From: Desulfatiglandales bacterium
GTDB lineage: Bacteria > Desulfobacterota > DSM-4660 > Desulfatiglandales > HGW-15
Length of the DNA: 64,000 nucleotides
Direction of reading: 5' to 3'
Assembly (NCBI GenBank): GCA_963667015.2
Contig: CAXXJJ010000004.1
Location: 2,592,001-2,656,000, forward strand
Shown: piece by piece, positions 18,657 to 28,184 of the stretch
Layout: each line of letters begins with the position of its first letter
Position numbering within the stretch: position 1 is the stretch's first letter
Notes under the pieces: generated by a model
What the model was told of the DNA's origin: nothing
Database searches by the model: none
The model's input: only the letters and a program-made list of their open reading frames with translations
Program-made: the position numbers and the translations under genes

Positions 18657-20189
18657 ATGGACGACATTAGAATAAAACTAAAAGAAATTTACTTACCCTT
18701 TTTAGTAGTCTCGATTGGAACTATCTTCTTTTATAACTCATTTAGGTGGCTATTTGACATTAAACTTGGCATCCTTCCATTAAAAGAGGACTTGCTTAAT
18801 TATTGGATTCCTTTCGCTCTTCCTTGGATACCAATCTTAATTTGGCTTAGAAGAAGAATCCGAATTCTAGACGTAAATGGAAAAAGAGATAATGGACACT
18901 TCCTCTATCAATTTGCAATGGTAATTGCTATCGCAGTTCCTATAATTGTAAGTCAGAATTATATAGAGAAGGCACCTTTTGACCTAGTTTCAGTAAATAA
19001 CATAGACGAAACAGAAGACTTTGGTTATGAAAAATACTTTGATGTTCAATCGTTTAGTGTTGACAAAAACGCTAGTCTTTCTTATGCAACCGCTAGAACT
19101 TCTGGCAGGAACAATGATGACCTAACTTTTTATCTTTACCTAGCTTGTCCTTTTGAGAACTCAAAAAATGTTTGGTATGGTGTGGAGTACAAGAAGTACT
19201 TGAGCAATCGTATTAGTGATGAGAGAAAGGATTCCGAATACAAAAGCTTTTTAAAAATATCAGAATTAAGATTTTACATTTATGATTTTCAGAATGTTAA
19301 ATATTTTGAAAAACTTGGTTACTCGGATGACAGAGACGGTTTTATTGAGGCAATCAAAAAAAGGGACTCAAATGTAAATGAAAAAAAGCAATTCATATTA
19401 GTGCCTAAAACAGATGATTTTGATCAAAGACTTGGAAATACACTTCCTTGGATTTTTAGCTCATTTGGAATTGGAGCATTTGTTCTACTCATAATGGTGT
19501 TCATTCCAGATATTGACGAAAAAGAACTAAGTGACTTCAAAAAAGACAAGCCCTTAAAAGAGGATGACTTAAAAGATATTTTGGAATTTCTTGACCCAAG
19601 AGGTCCAAACAAAGCGACTGCAATCCTGCTTCAGTTAAACATAGCTGTTTTCATAGTAATGATATTTTTAGGACTAAATATTGTCTCACCTACTCCTAAA
19701 GAACTTTTGGAAATTGGCGGAAATAGAAGATTTGAAGTAATGAACGGAGAATATTGGAGACTGTTCACTTCAATATTTATACACAGTGGACTAATGCACT
19801 TATTTATGAACCTATTTGGTTTGGGCATAGGTGCAAGTTTATTGGAGGGAATCCTAGGACGAGCTAAGTTAATATTGTGCTTTTCCGTTTGTGGTATTTT
19901 TGCAAGTTTAACCAGTATTTATTGGCACGTAAACACAGTTAGTGTCGGAGCTTCAGGTGCTATTTTCGGACTTTATGGGTTGATTTTAGCTTTTACAGTA
20001 TTCAAAATCTATCCGCATCATATGCGTGGAATCACTTGGATGTTATTAGGTCTTTATGCAGGAGTAAGTTTATTGTTCGGCTTTTTTGGTGGAATAGATA
20101 ACGCAGCACATTTTGGCGGACTAATAAGTGGATTCATTATCGGAGGAATCTTGATATTGACTGAAAGAGAAAAAATAAAAAAAACGTAA
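18657..20189 (+). CDS. Rhomboid intramembrane serine protease with N-terminal extension (cassette 4)
   Basis: WRLFTSIFIH, HLFMN, VGASGAIFG, AHFGG. Confidence 0.9.
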   Translation: MDDIRIKLKEIYLPFLVVSIGTIFFYNSFRWLFDIKLGILPLKEDLLNYWIPFALPWIPILIWLRRRIRILDVNGKRDNGHFLYQFAMVIAIAVPIIVSQNYIEKAPFDLVSVNNIDETEDFGYEKYFDVQSFSVDKNASLSYATARTSGRNNDDLTFYLYLACPFENSKNVWYGVEYKKYLSNRISDERKDSEYKSFLKISELRFYIYDFQNVKYFEKLGYSDDRDGFIEAIKKRDSNVNEKKQFILVPKTDDFDQRLGNTLPWIFSSFGIGAFVLLIMVFIPDIDEKELSDFKKDKPLKEDDLKDILEFLDPRGPNKATAILLQLNIAVFIVMIFLGLNIVSPTPKELLEIGGNRRFEVMNGEYWRLFTSIFIHSGLMHLFMNLFGLGIGASLLEGILGRAKLILCFSVCGIFASLTSIYWHVNTVSVGASGAIFGLYGLILAFTVFKIYPHHMRGITWMLLGLYAGVSLLFGFFGGIDNAAHFGGLISGFIIGGILILTEREKIKKT

Positions 20190-20220
20190 GCTAACTCTGA
20201 AACGTACTTTATAGATCTCC

Positions 20221-20305
20221 ACTTAACATCTAGCTCCACCAGACCCCGGAGGGTTCCTTGCTAATAGTTAAAATAACGGCGGGGCTGGTGAGCAAGGCGT
20301 TAAAA
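20221..20305 (+). other. attC site 4
   Basis: ACTTAAC...gctccaccagacccc...ggggctggtgagc...GTTAAAA. Confidence 0.9.
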
Positions 20306-20616
20306 GTTGAAATGGAACATGTATCACATGCTATTTGGTAAAAATGGCAGCGTTGCCAAATTTACCAAATGGCAGTAGAAGAAATAAAAATCCGGGATGA
20401 ATTAATCCCATTTGGCGGATCTGGCAGTGTCGCCAAATCCGCCAAATGTAAAAATAAAATCAAAATTAAGTCATAATAATAACTGGTTATCAAAAAACAA
20501 TAGTCGGTAAATAGCAGGCGAAATTGGCTTTTAACCTGTCGCTTCACAAGACCACGAGGGGCTTCTTTCAATTTTTGCTGAGCATCTCGGCGTGGCTTGT
20601 GAGCTGGCCGTTATGA
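20299..20616 (+). other. ORF-less (non-coding) gene cassette 5
   Basis: Cores GTTAAAA/TTTTAAC match; no credible ORF; two related palindromes at 20333-20370 and 20409-20448. Confidence 0.8.
20529..20616 (+). other. attC site 5
   Basis: TTTTAAC...gcttcacaagaccacg...cgtggcttgtgagc...GTTATGA. Confidence 0.9.
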
Positions 20617-20623
20617 TAGGACA

Positions 20624-21787
20624 ATGACTGAAAAATACACTAAAGCACATCCAATATCATTCCCACCACCTGAAAATGGTGATGTAGACATGCTTGTAAT
20701 AGCAGCTGAACATTCAGGCGATCAGAATGCTGCCCTTGGAGTGCGCGAATTGCAGTCTCTCCAACCAGGATATCGTATATGCGCCTTGGGAGGGCCAGCC
20801 TTAAAAGAAAGCGGTGTACAATTACTTATAGATCTGACAAAAGATTCCGCCATTGGTTTTCAAGCAATATATAATTGGAAATTCTATCTAAAACTTATTG
20901 CAGAGGTTGTACGATGGGTGACAGAGCACAGGCCGAAAGTAGTATGTTTTGTTGACTCTTCAGGGTTGAATTTAAGGATAGCAAAGGCTCTATTCTCACA
21001 TGGTCTAATAACTAAGGCAGGAGGACCGACAAAAGCAATTTATTACATTGGTCCCCAGATATGGGCATCCCGGGCCTATCGGCGGTTTTCGATGGCCAAA
21101 TATATTGATGAATTAGCTGTGATATTTCCCTTCGATCTGGATTGCTACTCTGACACTGATCTTTCGGTACGATTTGTAGGGCACCCCTTTGTGAATGGAA
21201 ATGAGACACCTTTAGTGGATTACGATCCAACCGGGCCAATTCTTTTATTGCCTGGCAGCAGAAAATCGGCTGTGTCATATATTTTTCCACTTTTACTTGA
21301 AGGGTATCGACGCTATCTAAAAGGCAATAATGATCGTGAGGCAGTAGTTGTGTACCCCGGTGAAGATGTACGCAGGGTCATAGAGAGAACCATGCATACA
21401 CCATACTTATTAGTTCCTTCGGGCAAACGTGTAGTCGCATCAGCCGTATTGACGAGTTCAGGAACAATGTCACTTCGTTGTGCTCTAGCAGGTGTACCAG
21501 GTGCGATTGTATACCGCACTCATCCTGTTACCTATTTACTAGGACGCTTGTTAGTGAAAGTACCTTACATAGGCATTGCAAACTTTCTTTTAGGTGAAAC
21601 AATGTATCCAGAATACATCCAGGGAGAAGCAGCTCCATCAAAATTGGCAAATCAGTTGTATTCTTCTATACATGAAAGTGAACGGATTGCGAAAGTTAGA
21701 ATGCAAGCAGAACGACTACGCACATTGTTAAGTATACCATCTCAAGGAAGCGTGGGTGAATGGTTTGCTGAGAATTTAATCAAATAA
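20624..21787 (+). CDS. lpxB: Lipid-A-disaccharide synthase-like glycosyltransferase (cassette 6)
   Basis: AAEHSGD, VDSSGLNLR, YYIGPQIWASR, IFPF, FVGHP, LLPGSR, SGTMSL, YIGIAN. Confidence 0.85.
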   Translation: MTEKYTKAHPISFPPPENGDVDMLVIAAEHSGDQNAALGVRELQSLQPGYRICALGGPALKESGVQLLIDLTKDSAIGFQAIYNWKFYLKLIAEVVRWVTEHRPKVVCFVDSSGLNLRIAKALFSHGLITKAGGPTKAIYYIGPQIWASRAYRRFSMAKYIDELAVIFPFDLDCYSDTDLSVRFVGHPFVNGNETPLVDYDPTGPILLLPGSRKSAVSYIFPLLLEGYRRYLKGNNDREAVVVYPGEDVRRVIERTMHTPYLLVPSGKRVVASAVLTSSGTMSLRCALAGVPGAIVYRTHPVTYLLGRLLVKVPYIGIANFLLGETMYPEYIQGEAAPSKLANQLYSSIHESERIAKVRMQAERLRTLLSIPSQGSVGEWFAENLIK

Positions 21788-21821
21788 TATATTATCAAAG
21801 AGATAAGACAAAATAAACTTT

Positions 21822-21889
21822 TCATAACAAACGCTTCCACCGGAAAGCCTGATAAGACGTCGGCTTCCCGTGAAGCAAGCACGTTAAAA
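21822..21889 (+). other. attC site 6
   Basis: TCATAAC...gcttccaccggaaagcc...ggcttcccgtgaagc...GTTAAAA. Confidence 0.9.
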
Positions 21890-21939
21890 TTTAGATTTGA
21901 ACTGATAATTTTACCTTCCTTCTATTATGGAGATATTCA

Positions 21940-23037
21940 ATGAAAAAATTACCCGTGTTGTGTTTGGTAATAACATTTCTGATTTCATTTGCTGCATGTA
22001 CAGTCAGAGGACCTAAATTCACAAATAGTTCCACACAAGATGAAAAAATAAAATTATTCAATTCATGGCTAAGCGACCAATACAAACAAGGGGAAATGAG
22101 CAATGTGATTCTTTATGCAGAAAAAGGCAAAATTAAATATTACAAGTGTTTGGGTACAGCAGATATTCAGAAGACAAAGCCACTTACTCTTGATTCATCT
22201 TTTAATCTAGCTTCAGTTACAAAACAATTTACTGCAACTGCGATTATGCTTCTTAAGCAGGATGGCAAACTTGATTTTGATCAACCAGTACAAAAATATC
22301 TGTCAAAATTCCCTTATAAAAACATAACTGTTCGCCACCTTTTAAATCATACTTCCGGCCTTGTAGATTATATGAAATTAGCCAGAAAAGATCATTGGGA
22401 TGATTCAAAAATATTTTCGACAAAAGACATGATATCTCTTTTTGTGAAATATAAACCTGATCTTGACTTTAGGCCGGGTAGTAAATTTGAATATAGTAAC
22501 ACTGGCTATGTGTTTTTATCTGCAATAATTGAGCGTGTCTCAGGTATTTCATTTGAGTCTTTTCTTTCTATGCGAATCTTTAAACCTTTGAATATGAGGA
22601 ATTCCCGGGTATTTAACTTGCTGTCAAAAGATAGAATCTTTGAAGCTCGTGTATTTGGTAAAAAAAATAAAGAATTAAATGACCTTAATTATTTTGATGG
22701 AGTTACAGGTGATGGCGGCGTATACTCATCAGCAAATGATTTGTTGAAATGGGATCAAGCGATTTATCAGAACAGACTTGTTAAAAAAGAACTGCAAGAC
22801 GAAGCTTTTAAACCTGTTACACTTGAGAATGGAGAAAAGTCCTATTATGGTTTTGGATGGTCATTAACCAAGGACAATGATTCTGTTTGCCATGGGGGAT
22901 CATGGGTAGGCTTTCGAGTTTCTATTAAAAGAAATTTTGTCAATCAATCCTTAATCGTTATTCTAAGCAATTATAATACTTATAAATACAATAGTGTATT
23001 GAATGTAATATATGAGAGCTTAGAAGCTATATTTTAA
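21940..23037 (+). CDS. Serine hydrolase, beta-lactamase (AmpC/CubicO) family, probable lipoprotein (cassette 7)
   Basis: SVTK, LLNHTSG, YSN, HGG motifs; signal peptide with AAC. Confidence 0.85.
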   Translation: MKKLPVLCLVITFLISFAACTVRGPKFTNSSTQDEKIKLFNSWLSDQYKQGEMSNVILYAEKGKIKYYKCLGTADIQKTKPLTLDSSFNLASVTKQFTATAIMLLKQDGKLDFDQPVQKYLSKFPYKNITVRHLLNHTSGLVDYMKLARKDHWDDSKIFSTKDMISLFVKYKPDLDFRPGSKFEYSNTGYVFLSAIIERVSGISFESFLSMRIFKPLNMRNSRVFNLLSKDRIFEARVFGKKNKELNDLNYFDGVTGDGGVYSSANDLLKWDQAIYQNRLVKKELQDEAFKPVTLENGEKSYYGFGWSLTKDNDSVCHGGSWVGFRVSIKRNFVNQSLIVILSNYNTYKYNSVLNVIYESLEAIF

Positions 23038-23166
23038 TCATTTTTTGAATGTGAAACTTAAATGTTTCTTCGTAAATAAACCATACAAAGAATTAATAAA
23101 TTGGAGCTGGTGAACAGTTATGCATTTTAATGCTTTTCGGTATGTTTTTGATAAAGGAGGTATTCC

Positions 23167-23637
23167 ATGAAAAAATATCTTGTGACTTTCTTTTTTATTT
23201 TAACAATATGTTTCGTCAATTCATTAGGTACTACAAGTTTACATGCCAATGAAGAAGCTGAGAAAAAGGAAAAATCTCTTACTCAAGAACAGGCTGCAAC
23301 TCTCGCATCGAAAATTGCTAATAAAAAATTTCAAAAAGATTTTAATATGTCTCCATTCACTCCGGAATCCTATAAGGCTGAACTAATAGATAATAAATGG
23401 CACTGGGGAAAAATAAGCCCTGCCGGTATAAATGGATGTTCGGCAAATGTAACATTTAGTAGAGACGGTTCAGATGAAAATGTAAAGGTCGCATACCACA
23501 CAGATATTTTAAAGAATGAACCCGACCTCAAAAAGGTACCAATGGAAATTGAAATAATCAAAATACCTGAAAGTGATCGTAATAAAATCGAAAAGGCATT
23601 TGAAAGTCTTAAAGATAAAGAAAAACATAACCCTTAA
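23167..23637 (+). CDS. Secreted hypothetical protein (cassette 8)
   Basis: aggagg RBS, signal peptide; preceded by a residual attC end gctggtgaacaGTTATGC (23117-23123). Confidence 0.7.
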   Translation: MKKYLVTFFFILTICFVNSLGTTSLHANEEAEKKEKSLTQEQAATLASKIANKKFQKDFNMSPFTPESYKAELIDNKWHWGKISPAGINGCSANVTFSRDGSDENVKVAYHTDILKNEPDLKKVPMEIEIIKIPESDRNKIEKAFESLKDKEKHNP

Positions 23638-23709
23638 ACATGACCGCGAGGGGCCTCTTACAATTTTAGCAAAACATCTCGGCGCGACATGTTATTTAAA
23701 AAGTTGGTT
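23625..23709 (+). other. Degenerate attC site
   Basis: ACATAAC...accgcgaggggcctcttacaattttagcaaaacatctcggcgcg..., clearly homologous to attC5. Confidence 0.65.
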
Positions 23710-23938
23710 TCAAAAGAGAATGTGATGACAACAATAAAGCAACGGAGATAAAAATTGGAAAAGGAAGACAATTCTATGGCAAAATATCTGGTAATGGGTA
23801 GCTGAAAAGTCAGCAAATCAATCTATTCCTGAGTTCGATCTTGAAGAGAAATATAAAAAATGTCTCGAAATTAATAAGGACGATAAAAAAGCCTTAGGTG
23901 AACTTGGCTACATACAGAGCCTAAGGAATAAAAACAAT

Positions 23939-24008
23939 CCATAACATTATCATTTGCATCAAGCCGACTTGGCGAAAAGCACGCCAAGCCTCTTATGCAG
24001 CATTAGAA
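23939..24008 (+). other. Degenerate attC site (core mutated to ATTAGAA), closing a TPR gene remnant
   Basis: CCATAAC...catttgcatcaag...ttggc...gccaa...cttatgcag, homologous to attC1; ATTAGAA nearly matches the TTCTAAC of the next cassette. Confidence 0.65.
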
Positions 24009-24064
24009 AAATCAGAAAATGTTTTACGTTACTGGAATCAGGAAAAAATTAAAAAGGAAAATTT

Positions 24065-24481
24065 ATGGGACAAAAAGAAACAGTTATAGATTCTGAAGAA
24101 TGGGTCAAATTCATTGACATGGTAAACGCGTCAAACACTGAGTTTGCTAAAGGAATGGTGGGAGATGTAACAAAGTCTGTTTGGTCACATAGTGATGATG
24201 CCACGATTTTTGGTGGTTATGGCGGTTTTGTCGAACCTGGATGGAAGAACGTTGAAGATAGGCTGTCGGCAGCCGCTAAACAGGCTATAGACGGAGCGTA
24301 CTCGTATAAACCAATTAAAAGTTCAGTCACAGGGGATTCAGCGTATATACTTCAAACTGAGCAATATATCTTTCCCGGAAAACCTGTAATAGACATACGA
24401 GCAACGATTATCTGTCAAAAAGAACCAGATGGATGGAAAATTATTCACCGTCATGGTGAAATCATAAAACCACCCAAATAG
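24065..24481 (+). CDS. NTF2/SnoaL-like (DUF4440-like) protein (cassette 10)
   Basis: WSHSDD...GW..V...RATII..KEPDGWKIIHRH. Confidence 0.75.
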   Translation: MGQKETVIDSEEWVKFIDMVNASNTEFAKGMVGDVTKSVWSHSDDATIFGGYGGFVEPGWKNVEDRLSAAAKQAIDGAYSYKPIKSSVTGDSAYILQTEQYIFPGKPVIDIRATIICQKEPDGWKIIHRHGEIIKPPK

Positions 24482-24495
24482 GTCCAAAGAATATT

Positions 24496-24568
24496 TTCTA
24501 ACATCGGCATTCACCAGATTGCCATTCCGCTGTCGCTTCATGGTAACGGGTGATACCGGGCGTTAATT
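24496..24568 (+). other. attC site (last clear one)
   Basis: TTCTAAC...cattcaccagattgccat...atggtaacgggtgata...GTTAATT. Confidence 0.85.
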
Positions 24569-24579
24569 TAAAAAATTAT

Positions 24580-24790
24580 TCAATATACTTCATCATGATG
24601 ACCGACATTTACCAAGACGATTTCTTTGTCTTTTAAATAAAATTCAAGAGTGATTCGGTATGAAATATTAATAGAAATAGAATGCAGGTCTTTTAATTTA
24701 CCTTTAAGTCGATGCAACCTTAATGATGGATGGTGTGGGTCATTTTCCAATATCTTTAAAGTTTTTTCATATTGAGTGATTATTTCAAGA
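24580..24790 (-). pseudogene. Truncated RelE/YafQ-like toxin, no antitoxin seen
   Basis: LENDPHHPSLRLHRLKGKL..LHSISINISYRI...VGHHDEVY; N-terminus missing. Confidence 0.7.
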
Positions 24791-24948
24791 GGAAAATTAA
24801 ACCCAAAAACAGAAGAGATTCCTGTATATGTATTTAGAAGCTTGTAAAGAGTGCAGCAAGTAAAAGACAACAAAAAATATCCAACGCTTTTATTTTGGAT
24901 TCATTTATTGAAATATCGAGGCAAACATTGCGAACAATGGGGATTAAA

Positions 24949-25428
24949 ATGGATATAATCATTAAGAAAAAAGAAACATTTTCGGTTCTAGGGGTACAAT
25001 ACCAAATGAATCAAGGCTCAGAGACTTCTGAGCTTTTCGCGAGAATTTGGAAACAGTTCGAGTCATATGGTGAAATAATAGAATCTCTATCAATTGATAA
25101 TCAATATTACGGAGTACAATTTCCTACTGACAAGGAAGATGTTACAGAATATATGGCTGGGATGGTGGTTGAGACAGACTCTGCTGTGCCTGATGGATTA
25201 GTAAAACGCATTGTGCCGGGTGGTGAATACGCAATTTTTGAATGTTCTGTTGAGAAGATTGGAGAATGTTACCAAAACATTTTCACAAAATGGCTACCAT
25301 CAGAGTCAGTATTGTTTATACCAAAAAATCCAGTATTTGAGGAATATCCAGAGAAAAATTCCACTGGACCAGTTTGTATCCATATTCCGATAACGAAGTA
25401 TGAAAACGGTTCACCGGGGATTTTTTAA
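24949..25428 (+). CDS. GyrI-like small-molecule-binding protein
   Basis: IWKQF...YMAG...VPGGEYAIF...IFTKWLP...FEEY...IHIPI. Confidence 0.85.
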   Translation: MDIIIKKKETFSVLGVQYQMNQGSETSELFARIWKQFESYGEIIESLSIDNQYYGVQFPTDKEDVTEYMAGMVVETDSAVPDGLVKRIVPGGEYAIFECSVEKIGECYQNIFTKWLPSESVLFIPKNPVFEEYPEKNSTGPVCIHIPITKYENGSPGIF

Positions 25429-25526
25429 AACTATGATAAATAAAATTAAAAGCTGTTTAATAATGCTCAAGGCAGGCAGATATCAGGGCCTTTGAGATTT
25501 AAAAAGGGTAATCGAATTATCACTAT

Positions 25527-26042
25527 ATGAAACCCAGAATAGAAATGTTAAAGTCAATGAAGCTCGTTGGAATTTCTATGAAGATGTCTCTGGCGGATAA
25601 TAAAACAGCCGAATTATGGCAACGGTTTATGCCGGGGCGCTCGGAAGTAAAAAACAGGGTAAACACCGATTTTATCTCCATGCAGATCTATGGAGAAGAC
25701 TGGACTTTTTCTCCGGACGCACAATTTGAAAAATGGGCAACGGTGGAAGTTTCAACCTTTTCGGAAATCCCTGCCAATATGGAAACATATATGCTGCAGG
25801 GAGGGAAATATGCAGTTTTCATCCACAAGGGGCCCGCAGGCAATGCAGCACAGATAATGCAATGGATTTTTGGTAAATGGCTGCCTGACTCAGAATATCT
25901 TCTAGATAACCGGGAGCATTTTGAGATACTCCCTGAAAACTACAGGCCGCAGGACACGGAGGCAACCGAGGAAATCTGGATACCTGTAAAAGACAAAGTT
26001 ATGATAAAAGAATCAAGGCTGTTTGACTCCTGCTCAATATAG
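25527..26042 (+). CDS. GyrI-like small-molecule-binding protein
   Basis: LWQRFM...GGKYAVFIHKG...WLP...HFE...EEIWIPV. Confidence 0.85.
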   Translation: MKPRIEMLKSMKLVGISMKMSLADNKTAELWQRFMPGRSEVKNRVNTDFISMQIYGEDWTFSPDAQFEKWATVEVSTFSEIPANMETYMLQGGKYAVFIHKGPAGNAAQIMQWIFGKWLPDSEYLLDNREHFEILPENYRPQDTEATEEIWIPVKDKVMIKESRLFDSCSI

Positions 26043-26112
26043 GTTAAAATAGTCAGAAAGGAACCGCCGCAGGACTTAAAAGAATGCCTGTTAAGGATAC
26101 CGTGGAGTAAGC

Positions 26113-27060
26113 ATGAACTGTTTTTTTAAATCATTTTTTCGGATCACATCTATTATCTTTTTAATGATGCTTTCCGGCAGCTGCGACAATAACGACACAA
26201 CATCGGGAATACCCTCGCCCTTTGGACCCAAAATAATAAAAAAGGTAAAAATCACATATGATTGCAAGATAGACACGGAAATTGAATTATCTGAAAATAT
26301 AAAAAAATTAGTATCAACAGACCTGGAAACATCTACAACCGATTTTGAAACACCGGTTCACCCTGAAGGCAAGGTGGTTTCTCTCGAGATCTGCGAAATG
26401 CCCGTAGAGATAAGGGACGCAGAGCTTAAAAAAGGTGTCCTGACTACAAAAAGCTATGGAGATATAGACGTTATCCTGGTCGGGCTTAAGGGTGGAGAAT
26501 CTGTTTTTGAACTGCAGGCAACCGAAAAGCAGATTGGATTTATTACACAGGACGTCATTAAATACCAGGACAATAAAAGAGCCCTTTTTAATGCCGTCCT
26601 GGAGGATGACATTCCGAAATTAAAATCACTGATCGATGCGAAAGTTGAGCTGAATGTAAGGAGTGTTGACGATATTACCCCCCTGACAGCGGCAACCATA
26701 TTAAACCAGCCGGAAGTTGTCCGTATTTTGCTGGATGCAGGAGCTGACGTGAACGCAAAAGACATTACAGGATGGACCGCACTTATTCATTCTGCATCAG
26801 CAAATAGTAATATTGAAATAGCCAGGGCGCTGATAAAGGCCCGTTCAGATATAAACGCCCGGGGTATACACGGCAATACCGCGCTTATTATGGCGGCCTT
26901 GAAAGGGAATATTGCCTTTGTGAAGGCGCTGGTGGAAGCCGGTGCAGATTTAAATGTTTCAGCTGATATCGAGGGAGAAAACTCTACAGCGCTGGTTATA
27001 GCAGAAAAAAAAGGACACGGGGATATAGTTGAATTTCTTAAGGCATCAGGAGCAAAGTAA
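26113..27060 (+). CDS. Ankyrin-repeat lipoprotein
   Basis: LSGSC lipobox-like sequence; TPL..A...LLDAGADVN, GWTAL, GNTAL repeats. Confidence 0.85.
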   Translation: MNCFFKSFFRITSIIFLMMLSGSCDNNDTTSGIPSPFGPKIIKKVKITYDCKIDTEIELSENIKKLVSTDLETSTTDFETPVHPEGKVVSLEICEMPVEIRDAELKKGVLTTKSYGDIDVILVGLKGGESVFELQATEKQIGFITQDVIKYQDNKRALFNAVLEDDIPKLKSLIDAKVELNVRSVDDITPLTAATILNQPEVVRILLDAGADVNAKDITGWTALIHSASANSNIEIARALIKARSDINARGIHGNTALIMAALKGNIAFVKALVEAGADLNVSADIEGENSTALVIAEKKGHGDIVEFLKASGAK

Positions 27061-27064
27061 GGAG

Positions 27065-27766
27065 ATGAATATGGACAAAAAAGATAAAAACCCTTTTAAC
27101 CGGGAAAATCTCACCAAAAACATCTTAAAGGAATGGCAGAGTCTGCTTGATGAAACTGCAGAGATACTCGACGTTCCGGCAGGACTGATCACACGCGTTG
27201 ACGGAAAAGAAATCGAGATCCTTCTTTCAAGCCATACCGATGGCAATCCCTACCCTGCAGATTATGTTACTCAATACCCGGATTCAGGATGGTACTGTGA
27301 ATATACGTTAAAGAGCAGAGGACTGAATCTGATCCCAAATGCGCTCCAGGATTCCAGGTGGAAAGACAATGCCGCTGCAGTAGATCTGCAGATTATCTCT
27401 TACATGGGTATGCCAATCGAGCGCCCTGACGGGGAACAGTTCGGGACAGTATGCTTCCTGGACAACAAGGAGAATCCTCATAATGAACTGCATATAAGAC
27501 TTGTCCAGCAGATCAAGAAGATGATCGAACTTACTCTCAGTATTGTTTCTGCAAAGGAGGAGCTTGACCACCGGGAACGATTGATTGATAACCTGAGCAA
27601 GATTTATCCGATCTGCAGTTATTGTAAAAAAGTACGGGAAGAATCAGGCGATTGGGTCTCGGTAGAAAAATATGTCAAAGACATTTCAGGTGCCAATGCT
27701 TCACATGGTGTCTGCCCGCAGTGCTTTAAAAGAGAGGCTGAAGAGATCGATAAAATGAATTTTTGA
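27065..27766 (+). CDS. GAF-domain protein with C-terminal CxxC...CxxC motif
   Basis: SYMGMPI..PDG..FGTVCFLD; PICSYCKKVR...SHGVCPQC. Confidence 0.8.
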   Translation: MNMDKKDKNPFNRENLTKNILKEWQSLLDETAEILDVPAGLITRVDGKEIEILLSSHTDGNPYPADYVTQYPDSGWYCEYTLKSRGLNLIPNALQDSRWKDNAAAVDLQIISYMGMPIERPDGEQFGTVCFLDNKENPHNELHIRLVQQIKKMIELTLSIVSAKEELDHRERLIDNLSKIYPICSYCKKVREESGDWVSVEKYVKDISGANASHGVCPQCFKREAEEIDKMNF

Positions 27767-27859
27767 TAAGGACTGCCAGGCTCATTTCAGCAAAGAAGTT
27801 ACGCATCCTGTTTTGTATGAATATGGAAATCAATGAATGGACCACTGGTTAAATGATAC

Positions 27860-28045
27860 CGCCCAATCTGCTTTGGTGGACTGGCCCAGCATCCCGGCCA
27901 TCCGACCTTGAAGAATATCTGATTAAACATGATTTCAAATTTATAGGAGACTCACCCGGTATGGCTGTGGATCTGCTTTCCCTGAATGAAAGTTTTTAGC
28001 CGCAACCCGAATGGATTGTCAGGACAGTCAATGACAAGGATTCAT
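27860..28045 (+). pseudogene. Possible GNAT acetyltransferase fragment
   Basis: WWTGPASRPSDLEEYLIKHDFKFIGDSPGMAVDLLSLNES, no intact ORF. Confidence 0.4.
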
Positions 28046-28184
28046 TGAGGATATGGAGGTTAAGGCTAAAAAAAATTGAGACCATGACCTGGAATCCTGG
28101 TTTCTATTGTCACGTCTTAAATACTCTTCTTTGGCTCTGAAGCCCCCTCCCCCGGCCCCTCCCACGAGGGGAGCTTAACTTAGC

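Larger units (their letters stand above)
14335..24568 (+). mobile_element. Integron gene-cassette array (about 10 cassettes), no intI in window
   Basis: For most cassettes the opening GTT core is the exact reverse complement of the AAC core that closes it; AT-rich, co-oriented single ORFs. Confidence 0.93.

Noticed and set aside
20362..20571. 69-aa minus-strand ORF in cassette 5
   Set aside because: Starts inside the attC hairpin at a non-ATG codon; no recognisable protein features
21940..23037. Bona fide antibiotic-resistance beta-lactamase
   Set aside because: SxxK/YxN/HGG motifs are shared by many esterases and peptidases; resistance cannot be inferred
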